From assembly GCF_025526975.1 (NCBI RefSeq), contig NW_026515669.1, positions 1,426,001 to 1,490,000 on the forward strand: a DNA stretch of 64,000 nucleotides, given 5' to 3'. The notes under the pieces are model-generated. The model saw only the letters and a program-made list of their open reading frames with translations, had not been told where the DNA came from and ran no database searches. Source of the stretch: Fimicolochytrium jonesii (Eukaryota). Numbering within the stretch: the stretch's first letter is position 1; each line of letters opens with the position of its first letter. The translations under genes were made by a program, and so were the position numbers. Shown one piece after another: positions 25,330-38,762 of this stretch.

Positions 25330-25857
25330 TGTGTGTTGTTCCGTGTTCGGTGTGGTGTCTGTATCAGCGGTGCTGCTACAAATGCCCGCTATGATACAGT
25401 ACTTTTGTGCCAGGTTCTTTTTGCTCACTTAGAAGCTCACCGTTTGCCCTCCAAGCCAAGCCACACGCCGCGAGGTGGCGCGAAGTGGCGCATTTGATGA
25501 TGATGTGAATAAAGCGCTTCCCATATACCGCGGCGCGGGGTCCGTCTCCAATGACTCTCCATTGATGAGCGTGACTCCCACACACGGCTATGAGAAATCG
25601 CGGATGGGTCACGACGCACGGACTTTTGAAATCCCATTGTTTTTCGTTTTTCGCACCTGCAACCCAAACACTGGCCTCCCCAATTTTCCCTCCACATCTC
25701 ACCAGCAGCTAAAAGTAAGTTGCCCTGCCCCAAAGATAGAAACTGGAGAGCTGCCCTTGTCCACCTGGGGAGCCATATAAAGCTGCCCGGACCGCAGTTG
25801 CCTTTCTGGTGGACTTACTTATCGAGCTTCCTCCTATCAGAAACCAATAACACAATA

Positions 25858-27493
25858 ATGACTGGCCACCCTGCTTTCGACCGGTGCAAGATCCTGGACA
25901 ACATCCTCGACCACATTGGAGGAACTCCGTGTGTCCGATTGAACAGAGTCGTCAAAGATGCTGGCATAGAGTGTGAAATTGGTAAGACCTCCGCTCAGCT
26001 TTTTGGCCAGCATAGTGGACCTCTAACGGACCCCCCTATTTGAATAGTTGCTAAGTGTGAGTTCTTCAACGCGGGAGGATCCGTGAAGGACAGGATTGCC
26101 AAACGCATGGTTGAGGGTGCGGAGAAGGATGGCACGCTGAAGGTATGCTTGTGTGTTGAAACCTGCGACAGGATGCGGGAAAGTGGTATCTCACACACTC
26201 CTCCATTCTCCGCCATAGCCTGGCTTCACGCTGATCGAGCCCACTTCCGGAAACACCGGTATCGGACTCGCCCTTGCCGCGGCTGTCAAAGGTTACCGCG
26301 CCATCATCACCCTCCCTGAGAAGATGTCGCAGGAGAAGGTTGACGTGCTCAAGGCTTTGGGCGCTGAGATCATTCGTACACCCACCGAGGCTGCGTGGGA
26401 CGCACCCGAGTCGCACATTGGTGTCGCTCGCAAATTGAACAAGGAGATCAAGGACTCCTTGATCCCCGACCAATACGGAAACCCCAACAACCCGCTCGCC
26501 CACTACTACGGCACTGCTGAGGAGATTATCGCTCAGTGCGATGGAAAGATCGACATGTTTGTTGCTTCTGCTGGAACCGGTGGTACCATTGCAGGTATTG
26601 CAAAGAAGCTGAAAGAGAAGTTCCCGGGATGCAAGGTTGTCGGTGTGGACCCCAACGGGTCTATCCTTGCGCTTCCTGAGACCCTCAACAAGGAAGGTGT
26701 TCACGGATACCAAGTTGAGGGCATCGGTTACGACTTCGTCCCCGAAGTCCTCGACAGGACGTACGTCGATGAGTGGATCAAGACTGACGACAAGGAGAGT
26801 TTCCTCATGGCCCGTCGGTTGATTCGTGAAGAAGGTCTCCTCTGCGGTGGATCCTCCGGTGCCGCCGTTGTCGGAGCGCTGAAGGCCGCCAAGTCCCTCA
26901 AGCCCGGCCAGCGTTGTGTCGTCCTCCTTGCGGACTCCATCCGTAACTACATGACCAAGCACCTAAACGACGACTGGATGCGCGAGCACGGCTACATTGA
27001 CTCGAACACCGTAAAGAAGGAGCAGGAGCGTGTCTCCCAATGGGCTGGCGCGACCATCAAGGACCTCAAGCTGCCCACAGCCGTCACCGTTCCAGAAACG
27101 ACCACCTGCCGCGAAGCGGTAAGCATCATGCACAGCAACGGTTTCGACCAGCTCCCCGTCACATCGTCGCCATCTGCCGATCAGCAACCCCACCTTGCCG
27201 GCCTTATCACCCTCGGTAACGTTCTGGCGAAGGTTGCCAGCAACCGGGTAACACTCGACGACCCAGTGGAGAAAGCTATGTTCCACTTCCAAAACACCAA
27301 GAAGTTCACAGAGGTCACCGTGGACACACCACTGGAGTCCCTATCAAAGTTCTTCGAGAAGCACTCCTCCGCCGTTGTGACGGAACGCGCCGACGGCCTG
27401 CCCAACGGTGGTGTAGGACAAGTAGTCAAGCACGTAGTCACCAAGGTGGATTTGTTGGGATACCTGCTGCAGTCGGCCAAGGTTGCCAATTAG
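25858..27493 (+). CDS. CYS4: Cystathionine beta-synthase
   Basis: [54 protein letters not shown]-terminal CBS domains; 2 introns. Confidence 0.97.
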
Positions 27494-27989
27494 AGAGCGT
27501 TGAGCGCATTTATAATCATTTCTGTGCTTAGGAGTTTTTATCCATTGGCTAGAGTGTACTTACCGCAGTTTAGTGTCACTTTTTTACGCAATACACATTC
27601 ATTTTTGTTCAATACCAAATGTCATATCAGAGACGCACAACGAGAACTTTGATTTACCAATACGTTCAGATTCGTGTGCACATGAATTCTCATTCCGCCC
27701 CGACAACACATGCACAGAGACGGAGGAACCACAGGGCCAATATCCATTGATACGTAACAGGCGGAAGGTATACATATGAGAACCAGCGCGCTGACCCGTC
27801 AACCGGCCATCGCATAAAAACCAAAATTGTTGCGGGACGGGATAATGGAGGGGTTGTATGGGGGTGATGAGGGGAATAGAGGGTTGGAGACTTGGAGGGA
27901 TGGGAAGTAAACGAACAACTACATACACCGATAGCGAAACCCAAAAAAATAGTATGGCGCGGAGGAACAAGGTGGGATTCGCAAACGAC

Positions 27990-30900
27990 TCACTGGAGAT
28001 ACCGGACCCCTTCTTTCCGGCACTGCTTGGCACTGATGCGTATCAGGCTGGCGAGTTTCGACTTCTTCACGATCGAAACATTACTGTTCAGAGTGAGCTT
28101 CGAAAGCAGGCCGCCCAGGTCGTTGTTGTGGTAGTTATACTGCATGGCTTGGGTCATGAAGCTGTTGATTTCGGGAACAGATGTCATGTCGTCTTGCATG
28201 GAGCCGGCTCGCCAACGGCCGAGAACGCCCGTTGCCCAATTGTAGCGCATAGGTGCTAGGACGGTCTCGTTGGTGCGTTTGTCGTAGCCTCGAAGCTGTG
28301 AACATGAGAATGGAATACATTAGCGGATCTGTTGTGTGATTTCCGTTTCACTACCAACGATGTGGATCCAGAGGGTAAGCGATGACGTACCAAGACGCTG
28401 ATTCTTCGCGTGTCCCACTCAATTTGGGTCGCGGGTGTGCCCGGTGGTCCAACAAACGCTGGCGCACCGGGAGGGATGAAGAAGCTCCATTCGAGCGAGA
28501 AGACATCGTTCTCTGCAGTTTGCTCATCAATGGCGATTTGCAGGAAATTCGACACCAAAACGGGGGGCATCGTTAGGAAATCGAGGAAGAAGAGGAGAAA
28601 AGGACGGAGGTCGGTTCCACGAGGTAGCCCGTTCAGCTGTGGATTTCCAAAACACACGCGACTATCAGAGAATTGCGCCGCGCACAGAAACGTTCTACAG
28701 CGATACGCACCTTTCTCGCCATCATATCAGCAAAGGCAACGAATTGCTCCTTGAAAGACGGCGGGGTACCACTCTGTTTTTCCACTCCAGGTGCACTCTC
28801 TTGTGCTTCGTCGGCGGACTCGAATGGCACTGCGGTGACTTCCCACTTGTTTGCAGGATTGACTTTCAGTACGATCGCTTTTGAGATGGTCCGTATGTTT
28901 GCTTTCATCAATGGCAAATCAACCGATGTCGTGGCAATGGGCCCCTTTTCAAACAGAGGATTGGTAAGTGTAAGCTCATGCTGACCGGCAGATACATCGA
29001 TGCTCTCGGCTTCTACCTCGAGGGTTGGAGGGAATCGCCTCTGAGCCTCACTCTCCAACCAGAGGAGGAGTCCCACATTGTTCAGATGATTGTCGATGCT
29101 CGCAAACACCCGATCCAGTAAAACCGCGTCGAACATCAAACCAAAATGTACCGGTATGGCCGTCGTACCAATTGGTATCGACGGGTCTCGCACGAGTTTG
29201 CTGACGTTCTTGACCAGTCCGTTGAATAATGGGATCGGATCTAGGTCTTTGTAGACGTCCCGAGGGTCCTCGAGGAAGCGTCGATTGACCCCCCGTCTCG
29301 GTAACTGCACCGCGTCATAGAGGCCGAAGTGACTACTCCGTAACAGAACAAGCTCAACAGCATATCTCCCGGAATACAGGAGTTGAATACGCCGCAAATC
29401 AAGAAGCGTCAGGCAGACGGTGGGATCACCGACACCTTGAGCATCAAGAAGTGCGCCTCGCTTTGTTTGTAGTCTGTGCACTAACCGAAGAAGGGGCGCC
29501 ATATGCCACAAAACCTAGAATAATTTTGCATGTTAGTATAAGAAACCTTCGTGGGGTTGTTGTTCCAACCGAAGCGCGTGCAATTACCAGGAAGGCAGTT
29601 GCGATATCTTTCTCGAGTCTGATGAATTCCAACCAAACCGGTTTTATCTGGCTTATCAACTCTGGAGGCACCAGCCTCATATTGGTCTCGTTCGCTAGCT
29701 GCTTCTCGCCCACCAGTGATGTAAACTCCCATTGCTGGTCATTCTGGCCGCCGATCGGTAGCGCCCCCGGATGTCCTGCATCTGGAGATGATTTTGCGAG
29801 GAGCTCAACTCGGAGACTTTTCTGATACGTGAACGATAATCGTCGGAAATCGAAGGGTTCGATTGTGACGCCAATCTGTTCCAGACGGCCTTTATCACGA
29901 GCTGCTTTCTGTGCAAGCAGCGCTACCGCAGCGTTCGATCGAAGTGTATCAAGCATGAGCTCCACGCAACTAGCTATGCTATCCTCCGTGTCAAAGGAGA
30001 AGTACAGAGCTTTCTGCTCTCGGTTGAAGGTCCAGAAGTCGCCGCTAACATCCTGTGTGGTAAACATGCTTGCAGGTATGGCACCGGCGATTCCACAGAT
30101 TCCGATCACTCGCACACCGTAGGCGTCGCAAGGTTCTCCATCAGGGACCCTAGTGTTCGGCGCGGCGTTACTAGCGCTTTTGAAACCCTTCGAGCGTGAT
30201 GGCTGCACGCTGATGTATAAATCGTCAAACATCGTTCGTGTATCCTCTCCATTGCGAGATAGGACGGCAGCGAGCTCGTCGCGACCAACGAGAAGTTTCA
30301 GACCGCGTCCAGCGACGCGGGACTCTTCATTAGCAAGCTCATCCGGGCTAATGTACTCATCGCCAGAGAGTGACACGTATTCGTAAGGTAAACCGCAGTG
30401 CCGTAGATTCTCGACCACTGTAGAATATACATGCTGGAGGCTGTGGGAAGCATCATATTTGAGCAAGAAACGCGATGATTGGGCAACCCAGTGTGAAACT
30501 TACCGGCACATTCTCTCGATAGACACGACAGTCTCCATATCTACACAGTCCCAGCAATATTGAAGATGTGCACGCCTATCAGCCGAAGCTCCGCTCGAAG
30601 ACTGAGTGAGATCAGTTCCCATTGAATCATTCGACAACATGCTTTGCAGGGAGGTAGTAGAATCGCGCGATGTCGAGTTTGACCCCTCGTTGTGCATCAG
30701 ATGGTCCGGCCATGTTCCGCGATATTCCTCGACGGAATCCCCTGAGAAGACCTCTGAAACCCTTATTGGTGTGATCCGTCGTATACGCCGGTTCATTTCC
30801 TTCTTCGCCCGACCAAGCCTTATCATGGCTTGACCGTCAGAACTGCTCATACCGATTGTTAAGGCTTCAAGGAGACAAGGAATCGCAACACGCATGAGCT

Positions 30901-33900
30901 TTACCTTGTTTCAATCAGCCACACACGATAAAGTGGCTCATTTTGTTGCCTGCTCCTCTCCCCTTGATGTGCAATCTCTTCAGGGATGTTCCAATGCTCG
31001 GGGATCCAATCCCGAGAGCTCGCTACAGCGATCAAAATCCAAGCCTCTTTCAAACCAGCGATGCGAATATATAACTTATTGATAGGTAGGGAAGGGTTGA
31101 TCTTTGATTCCTCCGTAGGTTGCAGAGGCGACAGTGTTGTCGCTACCAATCCAAGACGTTGGCAAGCAAAAAGCAGTTCCTCGATGAGAGCTGCGCGTCG
31201 CATAAATGAGAAGATTTCAGGAGCTTCATTGGGCCCATCGTTCAATCGCTGCTCAAGGATCGGTAGGAATGGCATGTGGGAAGAAGTTTCTGGGCGACCC
31301 GTGTGTCTCAGTATTATCCGGCCGCTCCATGCATCGATGTTAACAATCGCGGTTGATGACTTGTTCATGCGAACTGATAGCCTCGCAACGCAGTGATCTG
31401 TATTCGCATCTGGCCTCCACTCGCTCAGGTCCACATCACCTTCGGCAAAAGTCGTAACTTTCAAGCTGCCGTGTACAGACTCACTGTCCGGTCGCTTTGC
31501 TTCGGTAACACGTGCCTCATCGGTGCATGTTTGGGTATATGATGGACGTTGTTCCGATGATGGCACAGAATGGACCATGGGATGCCACCTTTGCACTACA
31601 TCCGAGGGTATAGCATTCCGTCTTTGCCTGGCTGCCGAATTCCATTGAACTGATCTCAGTCCGTGATTATTCGGCTTTCCTGTCACCATGTTCCGCAGCT
31701 GGTGGATGATGTACCGCGATTGCAACTGAGTGATGTTGTGAAGAAGTTCTCCAAGGTCGATCGAAGAGGGGTTCTGTGCACAATTGATCATTCGCATCGT
31801 CAACAACAAACAAGATCCGCCTTAAAGAAGCGGAAGGAATTACCCACCAATCTCAGCGGAAGGAGTTCCTTTGTCTCAGGATTCATGAAGTCTCGGATTT
31901 CCAGTTTCCCCTCAAGATTAGGGAGGACGCTGTGGCACCGTAGTTGAAGGTAGGTGCGAGGACGAGTTTGGGGGCCGAACATTTTGTATCGCATGTGCTC
32001 GGGGCTTAGATGTGCAAGCATGGTCCTTTTCCTCTTTTTCGCCCACCTCTCAAACAATAAGTTTGATGTAGGCTGATCGACCTTCACCTCCACTTCTAAC
32101 ACATAGTATTTATGCGGCGGCTCTACAAGGGAAACATATGTCATCGGCAAAGCACGAATTGGCGCACAATAGAAATGCAACTCACGATATCCTGCAGGAA
32201 CGGTTTTCGGATCCGGTCCGGGGATAGGCATGTCCCAAAAGTGGACTTCGAATGCTTCTCGACCTTTCCCTTCCACCACTTTTAGGTAGTTCCGCCATCG
32301 ATTCCTTGCAAGTGAATGCGCCTGAATGAGTCGAATGGTTAATCCGTGATAGTAGTTGGCATTCGAGAGATGCAAGAGCTGCGAACCTGTGCGGCAGCGA
32401 TCCGAAATTGCAAGCGAGTCAAAAGGCTTTCGAGAAACTCGTATAAATAAAGAATTGGGAAAGGATTGTGAACCCATCGAATCTGCTTGAATCCTTTCTT
32501 TCCTCGGGATTTCTTCGACCGAGGTTTAGGATCCGCTAGAAGGTTTTCTCCATCGACGTCCATGGCGATCGCAGCCGAAGGGTCATGATTGAATGCACCA
32601 CCTTCAAAGATACCATTCTCCGCCTGCGGCTTAGTGATTTCCACTTTCCGCTTCTTCTTCGGCCGCTTTGCCTCGTCGGTTGCATCCGTGTGCGAAAAGA
32701 GGTTTGCGCCTTTCTTATCGCTCGTTTCCCCTCCTGACTGCCGGAATTTGCCCACGTCTGCCGGAATCTGAGAATTCGCATTGCTTGGCAGTGAGGGACC
32801 CTTGGCGTTCCGCTTCTGGACCTGTTCCAGCAATACTTGAGCCCTTTGCAGAATGGTGAACTTCTGATGGTCTAGCAAGCCGGTGACCAGTCCTGCAAAC
32901 AATCATCAGAATCTGCGAATCACTGCTTCGAATTGCACGGGTACGAACCAGAAGACGCGTCGGTCGATTGGACCAAGAATTCAAGCTCCACGATACGCCA
33001 CGGAAGGTTCATGTCGCCGCCAGCAGGAGTCAAAGACAGCTGGAACATATCGTCCACGCGAAAGGTCACGCAACCTTTCTCTGCAACCCCACGAGCGTGT
33101 CAGCCCCATGCTTGTCCCAGTCCCCCTCCCGCGACCCCATTAAGTTAATGAATGCGTACCAACAACCATGTTACTCCGCATGGCATCGGGTACTATTTCC
33201 AATTCCAGCCGTTCATGTATGATGTCCTCCAGCTGTGTCAAAGTCTCAAGCGTCTCCTCTCTCGACAAGGGTTGTTTCGGAAGTGCATCCTACGAAATTG
33301 TAAGACAAATGACAGTCACGATACCGAACACGGAAGATTCCCTGGTAGTACCTTCATTACGGAGGGAAGCTGCGTGTAGGTCCTGTTCCGAATGATGTCG
33401 ACCGCCGTTTGCATGTCAGGAGCTGGAGTTCTACAGTTCATAAGGGCGGTCGGTAAGCACTGAACCTTCGACAGACATCCTCTGAAACCTGTCATTCTGC
33501 TTACTCCACAAACTGCTTTAGGTGTGCCACCATAGCTTGTAAGCCGCGACCAGCGCCCTCTACACAGGCACTTTGGCGATCGAGATATCCGTGCATATTC
33601 TATCGACCGCCTATTTGAGTACGTGTAGTCCCATTTTGCCCCGTCGTGGGTGCTATTCATACCATCAACTTTTGCCAATCCTTGGCCTTTCGACTACAGC
33701 GCATAAGAACCAGCAGCTTCTTCATCTCGTGATGCTCCTCCATTGCCCAATCCAACAGCCCTCTCTGTCGCTTGTCTGGTACATCATGGGCAAGGCTGCG
33801 TCAAGGAGATGAAGTCAGTCCATCCACTTTCCAAAGCTCGACATTGGGCTGACCACGAAGAGGCTGCTAGAATGAGCGCCCCCGACCCCTGAAAGAGTCG

Positions 33901-34135
33901 TTCCCACTCACTCTTTGATGACGCGCTGCATATTGGAGTAGGATGCTTGAATCATCCGGCCAGCGATCACCTTCATCGGAATCGGATTCATTGGCATGTG
34001 CGGGAGTTCCGGCAGCGGTCGCACAGCATGCTTGCCATCCACCCCCGCAGCTTGAGCTGGTCCGCGTTCTCCCGCTGAAGCCGACGTCGAAGGCACTACC
34101 GCCCCAGCTGCGTGGCTTGCGCTGCTGTGCTCCAT
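27990..34135 (-). CDS. MED14: Mediator subunit Med14 (Rgr1), many exons
   Basis: N-terminal LPHMPMNPIPMKVIAGRMIQASYSNM...KLLVLMRCSRKA...PDMQTAVDII resembles Med14; a chain of minus-strand ORFs separated by GT-AG introns; 3' end approximate. Confidence 0.75.
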
Positions 34136-34712
34136 ATTGCCGAATGCCACCCGACCTTTCACGAGACGCTTGGTCCTGACCTACTTCTCTCAGCAGGACA
34201 TTCCCAGCAATAGGCAGGTCCAGGTCGCCTGAAAAAAGTTTCCCTTGCTGCACAACAAGCACTTGTGTCGAGCCCCCGTCGACTCAAATGTCCCACGCTA
34301 TCGTCCTCAAAGGTCGAGAGAAAGTTCAAGACGACAAGCTCCTGAAGCCGCTCGTCTGCCCAAATGCTGTGGGAACCGCTGATCCTCCAGATAGAAAAGG
34401 TATAAGCCTTTTGCAGATGCTTGGCCAAGATGGCAGAACAATGTGGAAAGCAGGTCGAAGCAAGGCCCCGGCGATCATTGATTAAGGACTCCCCCATAAG
34501 CACATCAGGCCGAAATTATATCGACGTCTCAAAGGGATCACATAAAAGGATATAGTCCGCGGACTCCCCACGTGACTAGTGGCCCGCTCGGCTATGACGT
34601 TTATCCTTGCCGGCCGCCGATACGAGTATCAGATTTGATCTCGTCAAAACTTCGGCAGGGACTCGGACTCCAGAGAGCATCGCTCATCAATCCAGCAGGA
34701 AAGGTTGCAAAT

Positions 34713-36014
34713 ATGTCGACCATCATTAACAAGCCGTGGGATGCTCGCTACGCTGGGGCCGTACCTCACGATGCTTCATACTACTCCAAGTGTTTGCTCG
34801 GAGGTGTCCTTGCCTGCGGTCTCACGCACACCGCAATCAGTAAGTCTTTGTGAACTCACTCCAGTATGCAGATCGCAAGGCACGTATCTGACCTTCTCCC
34901 CCCTTCAGCTCCCATGGATGTGACGAGTAAGTGTCCCTTCCAGCCCTGCAGCGTGTGAGTTTGAGAACGGCGGATGTAGATGAACTGCCGGATGGCAAAG
35001 TGGCCAATCTCGGAGCGCCGGGCGCGGCGTCGCTCTAAGAAGGCGTAGCGGAAAGGAAACTGCTGGATCCCATGTTGAGCCGCATACCTTAAGTCTTTCA
35101 CTAACTACTGTTCGAACATCCTTCACGTCAGAATGTAACATGCAAGTGAACCCCGCAAAGTACAGGGGCCTCATCTCCGGTCTTCGCACGATCATCGCTG
35201 AGGAAGGTGCCGCTGCTATCTGGAAGGGTTGGGCGCCCACGCTCATCGGCTACTCTGCCCAGGGCGCCTTCAAGTACGGTCTTTACGAATACTTCAAGGA
35301 CACCTACTCTAACCTCCTTGGTAAGGAGGATGCGGAGAAATACAAGGGTCTCATTTGGTGTGCTGGTTCCGCCTCTGCCGAATTCTTCGCGGACGTTGCG
35401 CTTTGCCCTATGGAAATGGTCAAGGTCAAGGTTCAGACCTCCGTGCCTGGTACCTTCCCCACTGGTTTCGGCCCCGCGCTTGCGACCATGCGTGCCGACA
35501 GCGCCATCACTCGCTTCCCCTTCGGATCTTTGACTCCTCTCTGGTCTCGTCAAATCCCCTACACTGTCGCCAAATTCTTCTTCTTTGAGAAGGCTGTACA
35601 GTTCTTCTACTCGAACGTCTTCACCGCGCCAAAGGAGACCTACTCGAAGGGCACTCAGCTCGGCATCACGTTTGCGTCCGGATACTCCGCCGGTATCATT
35701 TGCGCCATCGTGTCTCACCCCGCCGATTCCCTCGTTTCTTTGATGTCCAAGCCCGCCAATAAGGGGAAGGGTCTTGGTCAAATTGCCTCGGAAACGGGAC
35801 TTGCCAACTTGGCCACCAAAGGTCTGGGCACTCGTGTCCTCATGATCGGCACTCTCACAGGTAAGCTGACGTATCCTTGATGTCTGAATGTGAAAAGCGT
35901 CGTTATCTCTGGGCCTTTGCTAATGTGAGATCCATCTGACATCCAGGTCTGCAATGGTGGATTTATGACACGTTCAAGACCGTCATGGGAATGGGTACCA
36001 GCGGTGGAAAGTAA
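34713..36014 (+). CDS. MIR1: Mitochondrial phosphate carrier (Mir1/Pic2, SLC25A3 family)
   Basis: GGVLACGLTHTAITPMDVTKCNMQV, GWAPTLIGYSAQGAFKYG, SASAEFFADVALCPME, PLWSRQIPYT, MIGTLTGLQWWIYD; includes an 18-nt exon at 34909-34926. Confidence 0.95.
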
Positions 36015-36467
36015 ACGTAGACCTAGATGTAGCACAACTTGATACATACTCTAGACTACCCATATTTTCACGTACATTTGGTCCATTCCGTCGAGCTCAT
36101 GCCATCTAATCACTCCGCAACTATACTGGACCAAGCTGGTCCTACGTGGTGTCTGAGATGCTTTCGATTAATTTACAAAGCTGTACATTTGATGCGGAGA
36201 TGCGGTTCCATCCGAGACCCCACGACCGGCCGATGCCAATGTGCATAGGTCGTGCCAGACAGGGTACGATGGAAGAATATTTAGCAGTCGTCCATATCTA
36301 TGCGCTCCCGGGTGCAGACTCGTCGGAAAGATTTCTCTTTTCGTACTGAGCCATTTTGTTCCTAATCTCTTCCTGGGCGTTTTTACTGTAAAAAAAAATC
36401 GGCGTTGGATAAGAAGTCTGACTCAATCCCCGAATTTGCCGGATTCCCAGATTGCATAAACCGGAAC

Positions 36468-37367
36468 TTACGCCTTCGACATCTCCTCCTCATAAGCGCT
36501 GGAATCCTGAAGCTGAAGATCCTCCGCATCCACGAATTCCTTCGTAACCTTCTTATGCAGCCAAAACCTCATCTCCTCCTTTACTGGATCTTTGCCCATC
36601 TTTTCCGCCTCAGCCTGTATCTTGCCATCGCCGTCTGCCAACTTCAAGTTTGCCGCCTTTGCTTCCTCTTCGGCTTCCTCTTCGGCCAACATCTGCTGTT
36701 CCGCCAAAACCTCTGCCTCCCTTCGTTCCAGTGCTCGGTGGTAATCGATTTTCCCACGAGCGTCATAGAAAGCTGTCAGTGCCTTCTGATACGCGGCATG
36801 CCGCGTCAACCCTTGCTGATCCATCAGAAAAAGGGTGTGTTGGACAACACTAGAAGGTACCAAGCAGAGGATGGTTCGTTCAACACTTCTTCCGAAAACA
36901 AGACCGGGCGTAGACGAACTTCCCGCTTACCTCTCTCCTGTCGGGAAAGAACCATCCCCGAAAATGGTAGACCAATCCTTCACCCCTAGCGTCTCCTCAG
37001 TCTCAACCAGCGACCGCGGCCTCCTTAACTCCAGAGGATGCCACCTATAGAACGCTCTTCTGATCTCGTCTTCGGGGTATACAATGCGCGGTGGCCTCGT
37101 CACATATTTTGGCTTATAGTTCCTGTTCCCGCGCTTATAGAGATTGTGTTCGGTCGTAGAGAATGGCGTCGATGGTGATGCGGTGGTCGTGGGTTTGCGG
37201 AACTGGCCTTGCTGGGCCGGGATGATGCCGTTCGGCGTGAATTGGGCGCCAGGAAAGCGGAGGACTGCTTGGTACCATGCTGGTGTTTGTTTTATCCGTT
37301 CTGCGTCGACGAGACGAGTGACGTTCTGACAGAGCGTATATGCGTTGTTCCGTAATGGTGGAGCCAT
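36468..37367 (-). CDS. RSM25: Mitochondrial ribosomal protein mS23 (Rsm25)
   Basis: PAWYQAVLRFP, RPPRIVYPEDEIRRAFYRWHPLELRRPRSLVE, SVVQHTLFLM...AYQKALTAFY; one intron. Confidence 0.88.
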
Positions 37368-37621
37368 GCTGCCGTGCCTTCGTCCCGACGAGCGTTCTGT
37401 CAGGAATTGGCGATGTGCTTTCGTCGTTTCGCCAACGGGAGGATTCCCATACAATTCCCATAGCAACATTTTTAGTAGACGCACGTGCGCGGAATTAAAT
37501 CTCGGGTCAACTCGCAAGCAGCCGTGGCTGGCAGGATGCACAGGCTGCTTGGTGAATTTACTTTGCGCTCAGACGTTCTTGCAATCCCCCCCCACGCAAC
37601 TAACTCACGTACCTAGCAGCC

Positions 37622-38348
37622 ATGTCTCGCCCGGTCCGTTACTTCAACCTCGCCGCAAGGCAGACCCTCTCCCGCAGGGGCGTCTCTACCCCCTCCGTCG
37701 ACACCGCCGCCATCAAGAACCAGGCCCAGGGTGTCGTTGGAAAGGCTACCGGTGAGTTTTCGTGAGACTTCGCTGGATCGAGTCAATCAAGCACAGAGGG
37801 AATCGGCGCAGGACCTTTGTCTATTGGAAGGAAGCCTCTTGGGATGTGTTGCGTATGGATTTACGCCGGGGTTGTGTTCACTGGCTGACGCATGTTACCT
37901 TATTCTTCTTCCATAACTTTTCGCAATCGCCACGTTCGAAATCCAATACAAACCTCGCCACTCTACGACGATAATAGCTTTCGCTGAGCCCATCATCTAC
38001 TACTCCCGCGTCAGTTTGGAATTCCTCCGCTCCGTCGCCCACCACCAGAAGGTGGCCATCCCCAGCATTGACAACGGCATCGTCGGTCTGTCCAACTTCT
38101 ACGGCGCTTTCAAGACCGGTGCCTGGAAGAAGGTTACCCTGAGGGACGTTGGACAGTTGTCTCTCGAGGGAATCAAGATCGGTGGATTCTTCCTTGTTGG
38201 AGAGATGATTGGACGGGGAAGCGTTATCGGATACCAGATTCACGGTAACTTCCACACTTTTGGATTTCCGCAGTGCTGCGGTGATGGTATCTAACATTAT
38301 TCTTTCCTCAAAGGTGCGGACAACCTCGACGGAGAGGGCGGTCACTAA
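37622..38348 (+). CDS. ATP20: Mitochondrial ATP synthase subunit g
   Basis: EPIIYYSRVSLEFLRSV...GIKIGGFFLVGEMIGRGSVIGY (GxxxG motif); introns at 37752-37977 and about 38245-38312. Confidence 0.92.
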
Positions 38349-38762
38349 AGAGTTTTGATGGACGGATCTCGAGAAAGCCAATCCATCTAGACTCAAAACA
38401 ACTCAGCCGATCACCTCAGCATTTATCAAATATATACCGATAGGAATTAACTCTCCCCCCCACGATTGCGGTTGATGTCGATGGTTCTGGCGCGGCCGGC
38501 TGTGATGGCTGAGAATGCGTGCAGTGGGCTCGCGGGTTCCTTGGGATGCAACCTCTGGACGGGTGGGAGCTGAAAATGGAGAGTCGGCCAGTAGCTTAGG
38601 TACCACAATTTCCTATGGTGCGGAGAACGGCCGTGCCAGCCATGCACATTTATGACGACGAGTATCAGTTGCGTGGGTTTGCTGCATAGCAGCGGTCGGG
38701 AATCGCAATCAGGCGACACCTTCTGCAGGAGGGCGCCTATCTGCCTCTACTCTATCAGAACC

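Noticed and set aside
33380..33910. Apparent in-frame stops in MED14 (possible recoding or selenocysteine)
   Set aside because: Resolved by ordinary GT-AG introns with the correct acceptor choice; no evidence for a variant genetic code
35871..35878. GTATCCTT, a U12-type donor consensus in the last MIR1 intron
   Set aside because: The upstream GTAAGC donor restores the conserved TLTGLQW; using this site would frameshift, and no U12 branch motif is evident
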